Shown one piece after another: positions 51,366 through 60,820 of a stretch of DNA of 64,000 bases. Source of the stretch: Planctomycetota bacterium (GTDB taxonomy: Bacteria; Planctomycetota; Planctomycetia; Pirellulales; Pirellulaceae); NCBI GenBank assembly GCA_046306195.1, contig JBKDXO010000126.1:11289-75288 (forward strand). The letters are read 5' to 3'. Position 1 is the first letter of the stretch, and every line of letters begins with the position of its first letter. The notes beneath the pieces were generated by a model. It was not told the DNA's origin. It saw only the letters and a list, made by a program, of their open reading frames with translations, and did no database searches. Position numbers and translations under genes: made by a program.

Positions 51366-51782
51366 GCACCCCCAAGCCGAGCGGTCTTGGGGGGCCCGCG
51401 CTCACGCGTCTGGTCTTAGAAAACCAGAAACGACCGCCCCCCTCGCCATTCGATAGGCACAACACTCTCACCGAGGGCTGGCGTCGCGGGGTGCGCTGTT
51501 TTGACGCATTGCAAAATCGTCAAACGACTGGCCCAGATGGACGGATTCGCTAAAACTCTCGGTCATATCGGAAGAACTTGCGATCGCTGGGGATTTCGAT
51601 AAGAGGTGAATGGTCGCCACCTCCAGCAATGGCAATCCAGCTTCCGTTAAAGTGGTTCAAAAGCCCGATAAAAAGCCCGAAGGGGTTCTTCGCCGACTTG
51701 AACTGCCCCGGGAATCGGATTACCCTACTGCCTCGTCCGATGATGTACGTCGTCCCCCTCGAAAGAATCTTGGAAACGATCG

Positions 51783-54287
51783 ATGAATAATTTGAGTTGG
51801 CTCAGGATAGCAGCCTCACGTGGATGGATTGTTTGTCTCGCACTTTTGCTCGTTCTCGGGGGTCTGACCCCGGATTTCGCCTTCGGGGCGGACGGCGTGC
51901 ACGGGGAGGCGGACTTGGTCCTGCCGGACCTCTCCAAGGTTCAATTTTTCGGGATGCCGGGTACGTACCTGCTCTATGGAGGGTTGTTGGTTTGTTTGGC
52001 TGGTTTAGCGTTTGGAATGATGATCTTCGGCCAGCTCAAGCGGATGGACGTCCACAGTAGCATGCTGGAGGTCTCCGAGCTGATTTACGAAACTTGCAAA
52101 ACCTACTTGATTACCCAAGGCAAATTTCTTGCCATGCTGTGGGCGATCATTGCGGTAGTGATTGTGATGTACTTTGGCTGGCTCGAAGGCAAGCCAGCGG
52201 CAACCGTTGGGACGATTGTCCTATTTAGCGTTGTCGGAATTCTCGGCAGCTACCTGGTGGCGTGGTTCGGCATTCGGGTAAACACCTTTGCGAATTCGCG
52301 GACAGCTCATGCGAGTTTGCTCGGCAAACCTTACCCGGTTTACGCGATCCCGCTCAAGGCAGGGATGAGTATTGGGATGATGTTGATCAGCGTTGAGTTG
52401 CTGATGATGTTGTGCATTTTGGTGTTTCTACCGCGAGAAATTGCTGGTGCGTGCTTCATCGGATTCGCGATCGGAGAAAGCCTTGGTGCGGCCGCGTTGC
52501 GTATCGCGGGCGGGATCTTTACCAAGATTGCCGACATCGGCTCGGATTTGATGAAGATCGTCTTCAAGATTAAGGAAGACGATGCTCGCAACCCAGGAGT
52601 GATTGCGGACTGTACAGGGGACAACGCAGGTGATTCCGTCGGTCCTAGCGCCGACGGGTTCGAGACGTACGGAGTCACAGGTGTTGCACTGATCACCTTC
52701 ATTTTGTTGGCCATCAATGAGAAATCAGCCGGTGCCAATTTTGAGCAGATTCAGGTCCAGCTTTTGATTTGGCTTTTCGTGATGCGTGCAATGATGATCA
52801 TTGCTTCGGTCGCTGCGTACTACCTGAATGAGAAGTGGACCGAATCGCAATATGCGAACGCGACGAAGATGGATTTCGAGCATCCGCTGACCCGGTTGGT
52901 CTGGGTTACAAGCGTTATCTCCATCGCACTGACCTATTTGGTTTCACGGCTGTTGATCCCCGATCTAGGTGGAAACTCAAATCTGTGGTGGCAATTGTCG
53001 ACAATCATTTCCTGCGGCACATTGGCAGGAGCGATTATTCCTGAGTTGGTCAAGGTATTCACCTCCACCTCTTCGGGTCACGTCAAAGAAGTTGTCACTT
53101 CAAGCCGCGAAGGTGGTGCATCCCTGAACATTCTCTCGGGCTTGGTCGCTGGCAACTACTCTTGCTTATGGCTCGGAGCAAGCATCGTCGGTTTGATGGC
53201 GATTGCATACAAAATCACCGATTTAGGAGGCTCCACCGGCTTAGGCGGATTGATGGTAGCCAAAGAAGTATTCGCTTTTGGATTGGTGGCTTTCGGATTT
53301 CTTGGGATGGGTCCTGTCACCATCGCCGTCGATTCCTACGGGCCGGTGACCGACAACGCACAGAGCGTTTACGAATTGTCGTTGATCGAACAAGTGCCCG
53401 GAATTGAATCCGAACTGAAGTCCAAGTTCGGTATCGATGCGAACTTTGAATCCGCCAAGCACTTGTTGGAGGAAAACGATGGCGCCGGAAACACGTTCAA
53501 AGCGACAGCCAAACCCGTACTGATCGGCACGGCGGTCGTTGGAGCGACGACGATGATTTTCTCAATCATTATGCAGTTGACCAATAGCCTCACCGAAAAC
53601 ATCGACAAGCTATCTCTGCTGAATGCTCCCTTCGTCCTCGGACTCGTGACCGGTGGTTCGATCATCTATTGGTTCACCGGGGCTTCGATACAAGCGGTAA
53701 CCACTGGGGCTTACCGAGCGGTCGAATACATCAAGGCGAACATCAAGCTCGATGGCGTCACCAAAGCGAGCGTTGAGGACAGCAAGAAGGTGGTTGAGAT
53801 CTGCACGCAGTATGCGCAAAAAGGCATGTTCAACATCTTCATGGCCGTCTTCTTTGTCACGCTGGCATTCGCCTTCGTCGATCCCTACTTCTTTGTTGGA
53901 TACTTGTTCTCGATCGCTATCTTCGGTCTCTACCAAGCGATTTTCATGGCCAATGCCGGGGGAGCTTGGGACAATGCGAAGAAGATCGTAGAAGTTGAGC
54001 TCAAGATGAAGGGAACGCCCCTTCACGATGCTACCGTCGTAGGTGACACCGTAGGCGATCCATTCAAGGATACTTCGAGCGTCGCCCTGAACCCGGTCAT
54101 CAAGTTCACCACGCTCTTCGGATTGCTAGCCGTTGCACTCGCGGTGAAGATCAGCGATCCCAATGGCCCCAACGGTGCAAACGGAGCGAATATCGCCCTG
54201 GCATGTGCGGTCGCCTTCCTCGCGATCGCTACCTTTTTCCTGTGGAATTCGTTCTACGGGATGCGAATTCGCAAGACGGAAGCTTGA
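51783..54287 (+). CDS. hppA: Membrane-bound pyrophosphatase, K+-independent H+-pumping type
   Basis: GGIFTKIADIGSD, DDARNPGVIADCTGDNAGD, DSYGPVTDNA, GNTFKA (Lys at the K+-dependence site) and GDTVGDPFKDTS. Confidence 0.95.
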   Translation: MNNLSWLRIAASRGWIVCLALLLVLGGLTPDFAFGADGVHGEADLVLPDLSKVQFFGMPGTYLLYGGLLVCLAGLAFGMMIFGQLKRMDVHSSMLEVSELIYETCKTYLITQGKFLAMLWAIIAVVIVMYFGWLEGKPAATVGTIVLFSVVGILGSYLVAWFGIRVNTFANSRTAHASLLGKPYPVYAIPLKAGMSIGMMLISVELLMMLCILVFLPREIAGACFIGFAIGESLGAAALRIAGGIFTKIADIGSDLMKIVFKIKEDDARNPGVIADCTGDNAGDSVGPSADGFETYGVTGVALITFILLAINEKSAGANFEQIQVQLLIWLFVMRAMMIIASVAAYYLNEKWTESQYANATKMDFEHPLTRLVWVTSVISIALTYLVSRLLIPDLGGNSNLWWQLSTIISCGTLAGAIIPELVKVFTSTSSGHVKEVVTSSREGGASLNILSGLVAGNYSCLWLGASIVGLMAIAYKITDLGGSTGLGGLMVAKEVFAFGLVAFGFLGMGPVTIAVDSYGPVTDNAQSVYELSLIEQVPGIESELKSKFGIDANFESAKHLLEENDGAGNTFKATAKPVLIGTAVVGATTMIFSIIMQLTNSLTENIDKLSLLNAPFVLGLVTGGSIIYWFTGASIQAVTTGAYRAVEYIKANIKLDGVTKASVEDSKKVVEICTQYAQKGMFNIFMAVFFVTLAFAFVDPYFFVGYLFSIAIFGLYQAIFMANAGGAWDNAKKIVEVELKMKGTPLHDATVVGDTVGDPFKDTSSVALNPVIKFTTLFGLLAVALAVKISDPNGPNGANGANIALACAVAFLAIATFFLWNSFYGMRIRKTEA

Positions 54288-54313
54288 GCGGCCGCGAACC
54301 GTTACCAAAAGTC

Positions 54314-54347
54314 AAAGGCATCGTCCTCCGCGGGACGATGCCTTTTT
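54314..54347 (+). terminator. Rho-independent terminator between convergent hppA and dinB-family genes
   Basis: aaaggcatcgtcc-tccgcg-ggacgatgccttt 13-bp stem followed by further T residues. Confidence 0.85.
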
Positions 54348-54371
54348 ACTTTGGATCTCGAATACTCGAGA

Positions 54372-54887
54372 CTACTGGGTATCGATGACAGACTGCGTTG
54401 GCTCGACCGGCGAGCGACCTCGAACTCTCCGCCAGGCGGATAACTGCCCCAGGTGAGAGGCGAAGTGGGTGGTCATCAAGTGGGCTAGAACATGCCCGTT
54501 TGTCTTGAGCGGACTGGTGGCCAAGAAGGGGACGGAATGGGCCGCCTCGCAGTGGGTCTGTTCCATGGCTTGGCATCGCTCTCGCACGTTTTCGAATCCA
54601 GAAACAATTTTCGCCACGAGTTCTGCCTTGCTCGGCTTCTCGGCGGGGCACTGACCGCTTTCCGTTCCTCTCGCGAAATTGCGATGCCAATCTTTCGAGC
54701 ATTGAAACCTCGCCCCTGTCAACCGAAGAGCATAGTCGGTGTATACGGCGAGATGCCCTAGCGTCCACCGCGGAGGATTGAAACCCGCGCACGGCTGATC
54801 GTCCAGCTCCGAATCGTCGATGTCCGCCACCAGCATCTGCAGGTAATCCACCATGAACCGATTCAGCACGCATTCGTTCTCAAACAC
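54372..54887 (-). CDS. DinB/YfiT family protein
   Basis: NPPRWTLGHL and HFASHLGQLSAWRR..G His triad. GTG start assumed at 54887. Confidence 0.85.
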   Translation of the reverse strand: MFENECVLNRFMVDYLQMLVADIDDSELDDQPCAGFNPPRWTLGHLAVYTDYALRLTGARFQCSKDWHRNFARGTESGQCPAEKPSKAELVAKIVSGFENVRERCQAMEQTHCEAAHSVPFLATSPLKTNGHVLAHLMTTHFASHLGQLSAWRRVRGRSPVEPTQSVIDTQ

Positions 54888-54934
54888 AGAATCTCTCCCG
54901 ACTCTATTTCGGCGCACCTATTTGTTAATTTCCG

Positions 54935-55849
54935 TCAAGCCAAATTGGATTGTACCCGAACGCGGCGTCGAAATGGGAAGCGATCGAGGTCGATAAACGC
55001 GAGAAGCCCCAGCATCATCACCCACTGGAAAAGGAAGAGGTTCATGGAAACCTCAATCCCGAGATGCAGTGCGATACCCGCCAGCACCGCATAGTTTCGA
55101 ATCGGGCGAACCCAAAGTGCAACCGGGAGAGCAAACTCCACGAGCAACGTCCCCCAGGTTGCTGCGGGACTAATCCAGGGCAAATCGAAGAATTCGCCGG
55201 GAATCAAACGTCCGTAATTGTCCTGCATTTTGGAAACAATCCAAACTGCAGAACCATTCCACCACGTATTTCCTTGCATTTTGCAAAGGGCTGTCGATGC
55301 ATAGATCGCTGTCATCTCGATTTGAATCAATCGCAGCCCCCACGCGGATTCCTTGCGGAGAGTACCCTCGGAACGATCGGCCCGCCTGCGATTCCAGCAT
55401 GACCAAGCGCAGTCCAGAGGAAGCCATACCATCAGGAACGCCCACAGACGAAACACCGCATCTTCACCATCATGGATAAAGGTGTTGCGGTTTTGGAACG
55501 AAACCAACCAGATAAAAATTGCCGCCGCTTGAATGCGCGACGCGATTCCGAGCAACATGAGCATCGCGTGACCCGCCATCAATCCGAGTCCGATCTTCGC
55601 GGTGATCGCTGTAGCCGGAAGCACAAAAAAGAGTGACCATCGGTTGTCACCAATCGATCGCTTTGCAGACTCCGTCGTCAGAACGCCCGCATCCGCGAAC
55701 CAATATCCTGCATCGTTCCAGAGGACTCCGACCTGGATGAGGATCAGGATCGCAAAACCAATCCGAAAAATCGGGACGATCCTCGGATCGCAGCCTTGGA
55801 ACAGAAAGCGATCGATCTGATCGAATGGGTACTTCCACCATCGCATCAT
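54935..55849 (-). CDS. HTTM-domain membrane protein (SdpB-like)
   Basis: RIGFAIL, DGEDAVFR, IYASTALCKMQG..WWNGSA and GIALHLGI..MNLFLFQWVM. Confidence 0.85.
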   Translation of the reverse strand: MMRWWKYPFDQIDRFLFQGCDPRIVPIFRIGFAILILIQVGVLWNDAGYWFADAGVLTTESAKRSIGDNRWSLFFVLPATAITAKIGLGLMAGHAMLMLLGIASRIQAAAIFIWLVSFQNRNTFIHDGEDAVFRLWAFLMVWLPLDCAWSCWNRRRADRSEGTLRKESAWGLRLIQIEMTAIYASTALCKMQGNTWWNGSAVWIVSKMQDNYGRLIPGEFFDLPWISPAATWGTLLVEFALPVALWVRPIRNYAVLAGIALHLGIEVSMNLFLFQWVMMLGLLAFIDLDRFPFRRRVRVQSNLA

Positions 55850-56436
55850 GGCTCGTAGTCGCGCCGCACCAGGAACTCGATGTTTTTTCCCCACACGATA
55901 TCTGCATGTCTTGGGCGCGGTTCGTCCGGCGCGAGAATCATGCGCTGCAGATGATGGTACAATCCGACCCGACGAATGGGAGGTTGGATGGGATCAGACA
56001 TCAGAGGTTCGTCATCCTCCGCCCATCGAATGGTAGGAATCGCTTGCTCGCGTTCGGGTATCGATCGTTGCAGATAGTCCGCCAGATCCTTGCTGGCGTC
56101 AGGGTTTCGGACGACGCGTTGGTCGTAATTGAGGTGCCGGAACCGATAAAATTTTTCCCAAACTGACGCTTTCGCCCAATCCGTAGAGGTCCAGACTGCG
56201 GTGTTGCCACTGGCATCGAGAATTTCCCCCACCACAATCCCTTCGCGAATGAGCGGGTTAGGTGCGAATAGCGGCCAGTCCCCCTGCTGCAAGCCTAGCC
56301 AACCCAAGGCTCGATTGACGTCGGACCGGATGGGAATCTTTATCCCCCAGGATTCCGGGAACGCATCGATGGCCACTGCAACGGTAAAGACAAACACAAA
56401 ACAAGGGATGCCGATTCGTCGCGCAATCGTGTTCAT
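55846..56436 (-). CDS. SdpA/DUF5819-like partner of the HTTM protein
   Basis: N-terminal TM segment, then QGDWPLFAPNP. The stop overlaps the HTTM start (ATGA). Confidence 0.65.
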   Translation of the reverse strand: MNTIARRIGIPCFVFVFTVAVAIDAFPESWGIKIPIRSDVNRALGWLGLQQGDWPLFAPNPLIREGIVVGEILDASGNTAVWTSTDWAKASVWEKFYRFRHLNYDQRVVRNPDASKDLADYLQRSIPEREQAIPTIRWAEDDEPLMSDPIQPPIRRVGLYHHLQRMILAPDEPRPRHADIVWGKNIEFLVRRDYEP

Positions 56437-56683
56437 GGAACCGCCTTACGTTGGTTTGTCATGATCATGATCGGGAATGTATTTTCTCCAGGATTGCAGA
56501 GGGTTTGACCATCGCGTCGCGTTTCCGGTTATCTACTGTACCCCGCCCGAATCCTCCGCCATCGATGAGTATCGATTTCCCGTTACAATCTGCCCGATCG
56601 GATTTCCCGATTTATGCATCGACGCGATTATGATGGCGTTATCTGCATTACGCTCGATCCCAGGTTCGACGAGAAACGCACTG

Positions 56684-57844
56684 ATGTTTTCCGCTTGGCG
56701 CGATGCGCGACTTGACCGCAATGAGATCGCTGGTTCCCTCGGGGACCTCGGAACGTTTCTGCCTCTTTTGGTCGGAATGACTTCCCAAAATGGCCTGAAC
56801 TTCGCATCCGCTCTGTTCTTCGCCGGGCTCTTCAACGTGGTTACCGGCCTGGTGTATTCGATACCTATGGCGGTCCAGCCGATGAAGGCGATTGCCGCAG
56901 TTGCTCTGACCGAAGGGCTGACCACTCCTCAAATTTTGGCGGCAGGCGCCACCGTGAGTTTCTTTGTACTGATTCTCGCCGTGACCGGTGGTATCGATTG
57001 GTTGAATCGCTGGATTCCCAAGAGTGTCGTGCGAGGATTGCAGCTCGCGCTCGGGCTAAATCTGTTGATGAAAGGACTGCAGATGGTCGCGGGAACCAAG
57101 GTCTGGTTCGCCGCTGACGGGATGATGACCGGGCTGATCTCGGGCGTCTTGGTACTGGTACTTTTTCACTCGAGGCGGATCCCTGTCGCGTTGCTTCTCT
57201 TCATGCTCGGCCTATCGATCGCGTTTGCGACCCATCCCGAATTGCTTCCAGGGATCGGGATAGATGTCACACTTCCCCAGTGGACGGTGATTGCCTGGTC
57301 CGATTTTCAGACCGCGTTTACGAAAGCGGCGTTGCCTCAAATTCCGCTGACGACACTCAATTCCGTCGTTGCTGTCTGTGCATTATCCGCCGATCTGTTC
57401 CCTGGGCGGTCTGCCACCCCGCGATCGGTGGCAATCTCTGTGGGGTTGATGAACCTGATATCTTGCTGGTTTGGTGCAATGCCGATGTGCCATGGGGCTG
57501 GGGGATTGGCAGGCCAGTACCGGTTCGGAGCGCGTACCAACGGGTCCATCTTGTTCCTTGGGATCGCAAAAATGTTTCTGGCGATCTTCTTTGGCTCGTC
57601 GCTGATGCTGCTGTGCGCCGCATTCCCATTGAGTGTTCTCGGAATCCTCCTGATGTTTTCCGGATGCGAATTGGCAATTGTTACCCGCGATCAAGTCCAC
57701 CGCCCCGAGGCGTTCATCATGCTCCTCACGGCAGGCGCCTGCATGGGACTCAACAACATCGCAGTCGGCTTTCTGATCGGCCTGTCGGTTGCCACATGCC
57801 TCCGGATGGGATGGTTCCGCGTCGAAGACAATTCGGCAAGTTGA
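56684..57844 (+). CDS. MOT1-family putative molybdate/sulfate transporter
   Basis: EIAGSLGDLGTFLPL, PMAVQPMKAIAAVA, QIPLTTLNSV and MPMCHGAGGLAGQYRFGAR. Confidence 0.88.
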   Translation: MFSAWRDARLDRNEIAGSLGDLGTFLPLLVGMTSQNGLNFASALFFAGLFNVVTGLVYSIPMAVQPMKAIAAVALTEGLTTPQILAAGATVSFFVLILAVTGGIDWLNRWIPKSVVRGLQLALGLNLLMKGLQMVAGTKVWFAADGMMTGLISGVLVLVLFHSRRIPVALLLFMLGLSIAFATHPELLPGIGIDVTLPQWTVIAWSDFQTAFTKAALPQIPLTTLNSVVAVCALSADLFPGRSATPRSVAISVGLMNLISCWFGAMPMCHGAGGLAGQYRFGARTNGSILFLGIAKMFLAIFFGSSLMLLCAAFPLSVLGILLMFSGCELAIVTRDQVHRPEAFIMLLTAGACMGLNNIAVGFLIGLSVATCLRMGWFRVEDNSAS

Positions 57845-57860
57845 TTGCGACACTGGCCGC

Positions 57861-59036
57861 CTAGAGTTCGGCGCGAACGGCTCTCGTGAGGGCTTCGATC
57901 TCTTCCTCGTTGTTGTAAACATGCGTCGAGATTCGCAGATACTGAAAGCCCCCTAGTTCGACGAGGTTGACTTCGATCCGATAATGATCCCACAGCGCTT
58001 GCCGAAGAGCGTTCCCGTCGATACTCGCGGGCAACACAAAGGAAGTCAATCCTCCCCGAAGGATGGGATTTTCAGGGGTGATGCATTCCATGCCGCCCAC
58101 TCCATCGAGCGACTTGCGGACCTGTTCTCCCAACGCGTGCAACCGTTCTTGTCGCGCAGCATCGGGAATCGTTTCATGGAAATCACAACACAAGTGAATG
58201 ACGCGCCACGGCGTTAGATCCCGTGTTCCCTCCATCTCAAATTGCCGAATCCAAGGTGTCGACCCAAATTCGTTCGGTTCGTGTGGCCGCGATCGATCAT
58301 CCTGGTACGCCCAACTCACTTGCCAAGGTTCCAGGTGTTCCTCCATTCCTTTTTCAACGAAGAGGAACGCGGCTCCCACGGGCGTCAAAAACCATTTGTG
58401 GAGATTCGCGGCATAAAAGTGTGCACCCAAGTGATTCAAATTCAAGGCCAGCATGCCGGGGCCGTGGGCGCCATCGACAAACACGAGAATACCTCGACGA
58501 CGAGCCCGGGCGATGATCTCCTCGATCGGCAGGATGTGCCCTGTGCTGTACAGGACATGACTCAAATAAAGCAGTCGGGTATGGGCCGTCATTTGCGACT
58601 CAATCGCCTGGACATAGTCCCTAGGGTTCGCACTACGTATCGGAAGCGTGGCAGATCTCACATGCCAGCCTCGCCGCTGGCTCGCGCGATCCCATGCCAT
58701 TCGCATCGCCCCATACTCGTGATCCGACACCAGGATTTCCGAACCAGCGGGCAGATCAACCGACAAACAAAAAGTATTGATCGCATGCGAGACATTGGTG
58801 AAGAAAATCAGACGGTCCGGCGCGGTGCCCAGGTGCACCGCTAGACGCACCCGCGATATCCATAATTCCTCCCAAGGCTCTCGCCACGCCGCTCGGGTCG
58901 GATTGTGATGCAATTCCTCGCGAAGCGCTGCTGCCCGATGGTGTACCAATTTCGGGGCGAGCCCCGATGTCCCGGTATTCAGATAGATCTGCGTTGGATC
59001 CATCTCGATGCTATCACGAATGCATTTCCAGTCCAC
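57861..59036 (-). CDS. Class V PLP-dependent aminotransferase (isopenicillin-N epimerase/cysteine desulfurase-like)
   Basis: YLNTGTSG, DHEYGA, VDGAHGPG and NLHKW (PLP Lys). Start uncertain. Confidence 0.87.
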   Translation of the reverse strand: MDWKCIRDSIEMDPTQIYLNTGTSGLAPKLVHHRAAALREELHHNPTRAAWREPWEELWISRVRLAVHLGTAPDRLIFFTNVSHAINTFCLSVDLPAGSEILVSDHEYGAMRMAWDRASQRRGWHVRSATLPIRSANPRDYVQAIESQMTAHTRLLYLSHVLYSTGHILPIEEIIARARRRGILVFVDGAHGPGMLALNLNHLGAHFYAANLHKWFLTPVGAAFLFVEKGMEEHLEPWQVSWAYQDDRSRPHEPNEFGSTPWIRQFEMEGTRDLTPWRVIHLCCDFHETIPDAARQERLHALGEQVRKSLDGVGGMECITPENPILRGGLTSFVLPASIDGNALRQALWDHYRIEVNLVELGGFQYLRISTHVYNNEEEIEALTRAVRAEL

Positions 59037-59071
59037 GTTGCTATCTCGCACTCTTTCGATTCGACGCAGCT

Positions 59072-60820
59072 CTATTTCCCCGACCCCGCGATGCGTTCCT
59101 GGGCCCACTGGGCAGCATACCCCAGCGGATGGTCTGGCTTCCCGCCGTATTGATCGATGAACTGCTGGCTATCTCGAAACGCGAATTCACCCAGCGCGAG
59201 CATGCAGGCAAAGCGAACCAAGTAATTCTCCGGATTCTCGGGAGGCAGGTCGGCGATCCGGTCTCGGAGTTCGGCGCGCAAGTTCGAATCATCAACATCT
59301 TTCTTGATCTGCCCGATCGACCAAATCGCGGACGCTCTCGCAAGATTAGTCATCCGGAACTCATTTTTGGGGATGTATTTCCTCAGTACGCCGTAACCTG
59401 GCGCGTGCCGATGCTTTCCTAAGGCTTCCAGCAGGAAACTGAGCTTGATCACCTCGTGCTTTTCCTGATTCCTGCTCCCCTGTTCCAGGACATCGGTCAT
59501 TTCGGTGGCGTAAGCGAGGATCCGATCGAGGACCGATCCGGGCTCGCACAAATCGCGCAGCGCCCATGCCGCATGCAGTTGGATGCTGGGGTGCGGATGA
59601 TCGAGCAATGGCAGCAACCGTTCGCATTTCGACGGATCGAAGATTTCGACAGCGAGTACGATCGCTTGCTGGAGGCTTTGAGGGTCGTTATCCATCCAGA
59701 CCCTCGCGATCGATACATCGACGGCTTCGCGATGATTCGGTGCGAACTCGAGGAGCAAACTCCTCGCTGCTCGTTGCAATTCCGGATCATTGTCGCGCAG
59801 AATGGAACTGGCGAGATCGATACCTTTGATCGGATCTCCTGCGGCTGCGATTTGAAGGGCCAAGCGTCGGAAGTGAACATCCGGGTCTTTGCTCCATCGG
59901 TCAACCCATTCCTGGGACATCTCTGGAGAGTGGCGCGCAATCCAGGTCGCGGCAAGACGTTTTGCAGGCGAGCCACCCGCTTCTAAGACACGTTTTGCTA
60001 CCGTAGCAGCGTCACCATCGGTATGATTTTTTACCAATGCGACCGCGACGAGATCGCGATCGGGAAGGTTCGAGTCCAGATACTTGATCGCCAGTGGCGT
60101 CAAACCGTCAGGAAGAAGATTTCCCAGCGCGGTCGCCGACAGGATACGTTCTTCGATCGATGCGGATTCCGACTCGAGAATCTCGGTCATGATCGACTGA
60201 TCGTCGGCCGTCCCACACATCCCCAATCCTTCCAGCGCCAGGCGCGTAGCGGCAGCAGAGGACGAACGGTCTCTTGCAACTTGGCGCCACGATTCGATTG
60301 CGACCGCGTTTTTCCAGCGAATCAATGCCTGCTGCACCCACAACTGTGCCTCCGGGTCATCGCGAGACAACTCCCAAATCTCCCTTGCATGTGAGCCGTC
60401 ATCGACAGCGCAAGCGGCTGAAATCATCGCGCGGCGCACGAGCACCGATTCTTCGGCAGGATTCCATGCTCCCAAAATTGCTTGGATCGTCCGAGTCTTG
60501 TCCGGATATCCTGGTCGATCGACATGCATGCTGAGAAGTCTCGCGGTATCTAGCCGTTCCTGCGTTTCCGGGGAGTGAAGTCGCTCGAGATCGATTGCTG
60601 GACTGGGCGGAACGCGCGGCGGAGTCCAAATGTCCCCGAGATCGGGGCGCACCTCCCAGAGATGCTGCAACGGTTGAGTCCCTTGCCCGAACAAACTCGC
60701 ATTCGGCACACCAAGAAACCAGGCGAACATTCCGAGTGTCAGAGCCCCACTCAGTCTCCATCCGGGATTGTTTTTCAAGAAGCTGTTGCGATTTGAGGAC
60801 ATGGCAAGGTGCATCGTCAT
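59072..60820 (-). CDS. HEAT/armadillo-repeat protein, probably membrane-anchored or exported
   Basis: N-terminal hydrophobic segment, then repeated motifs such as RLALEGLG, RILSATALG, QLHAAWAL and CMLALGE. Confidence 0.75.
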   Translation of the reverse strand: MTMHLAMSSNRNSFLKNNPGWRLSGALTLGMFAWFLGVPNASLFGQGTQPLQHLWEVRPDLGDIWTPPRVPPSPAIDLERLHSPETQERLDTARLLSMHVDRPGYPDKTRTIQAILGAWNPAEESVLVRRAMISAACAVDDGSHAREIWELSRDDPEAQLWVQQALIRWKNAVAIESWRQVARDRSSSAAATRLALEGLGMCGTADDQSIMTEILESESASIEERILSATALGNLLPDGLTPLAIKYLDSNLPDRDLVAVALVKNHTDGDAATVAKRVLEAGGSPAKRLAATWIARHSPEMSQEWVDRWSKDPDVHFRRLALQIAAAGDPIKGIDLASSILRDNDPELQRAARSLLLEFAPNHREAVDVSIARVWMDNDPQSLQQAIVLAVEIFDPSKCERLLPLLDHPHPSIQLHAAWALRDLCEPGSVLDRILAYATEMTDVLEQGSRNQEKHEVIKLSFLLEALGKHRHAPGYGVLRKYIPKNEFRMTNLARASAIWSIGQIKKDVDDSNLRAELRDRIADLPPENPENYLVRFACMLALGEFAFRDSQQFIDQYGGKPDHPLGYAAQWAQERIAGSGK

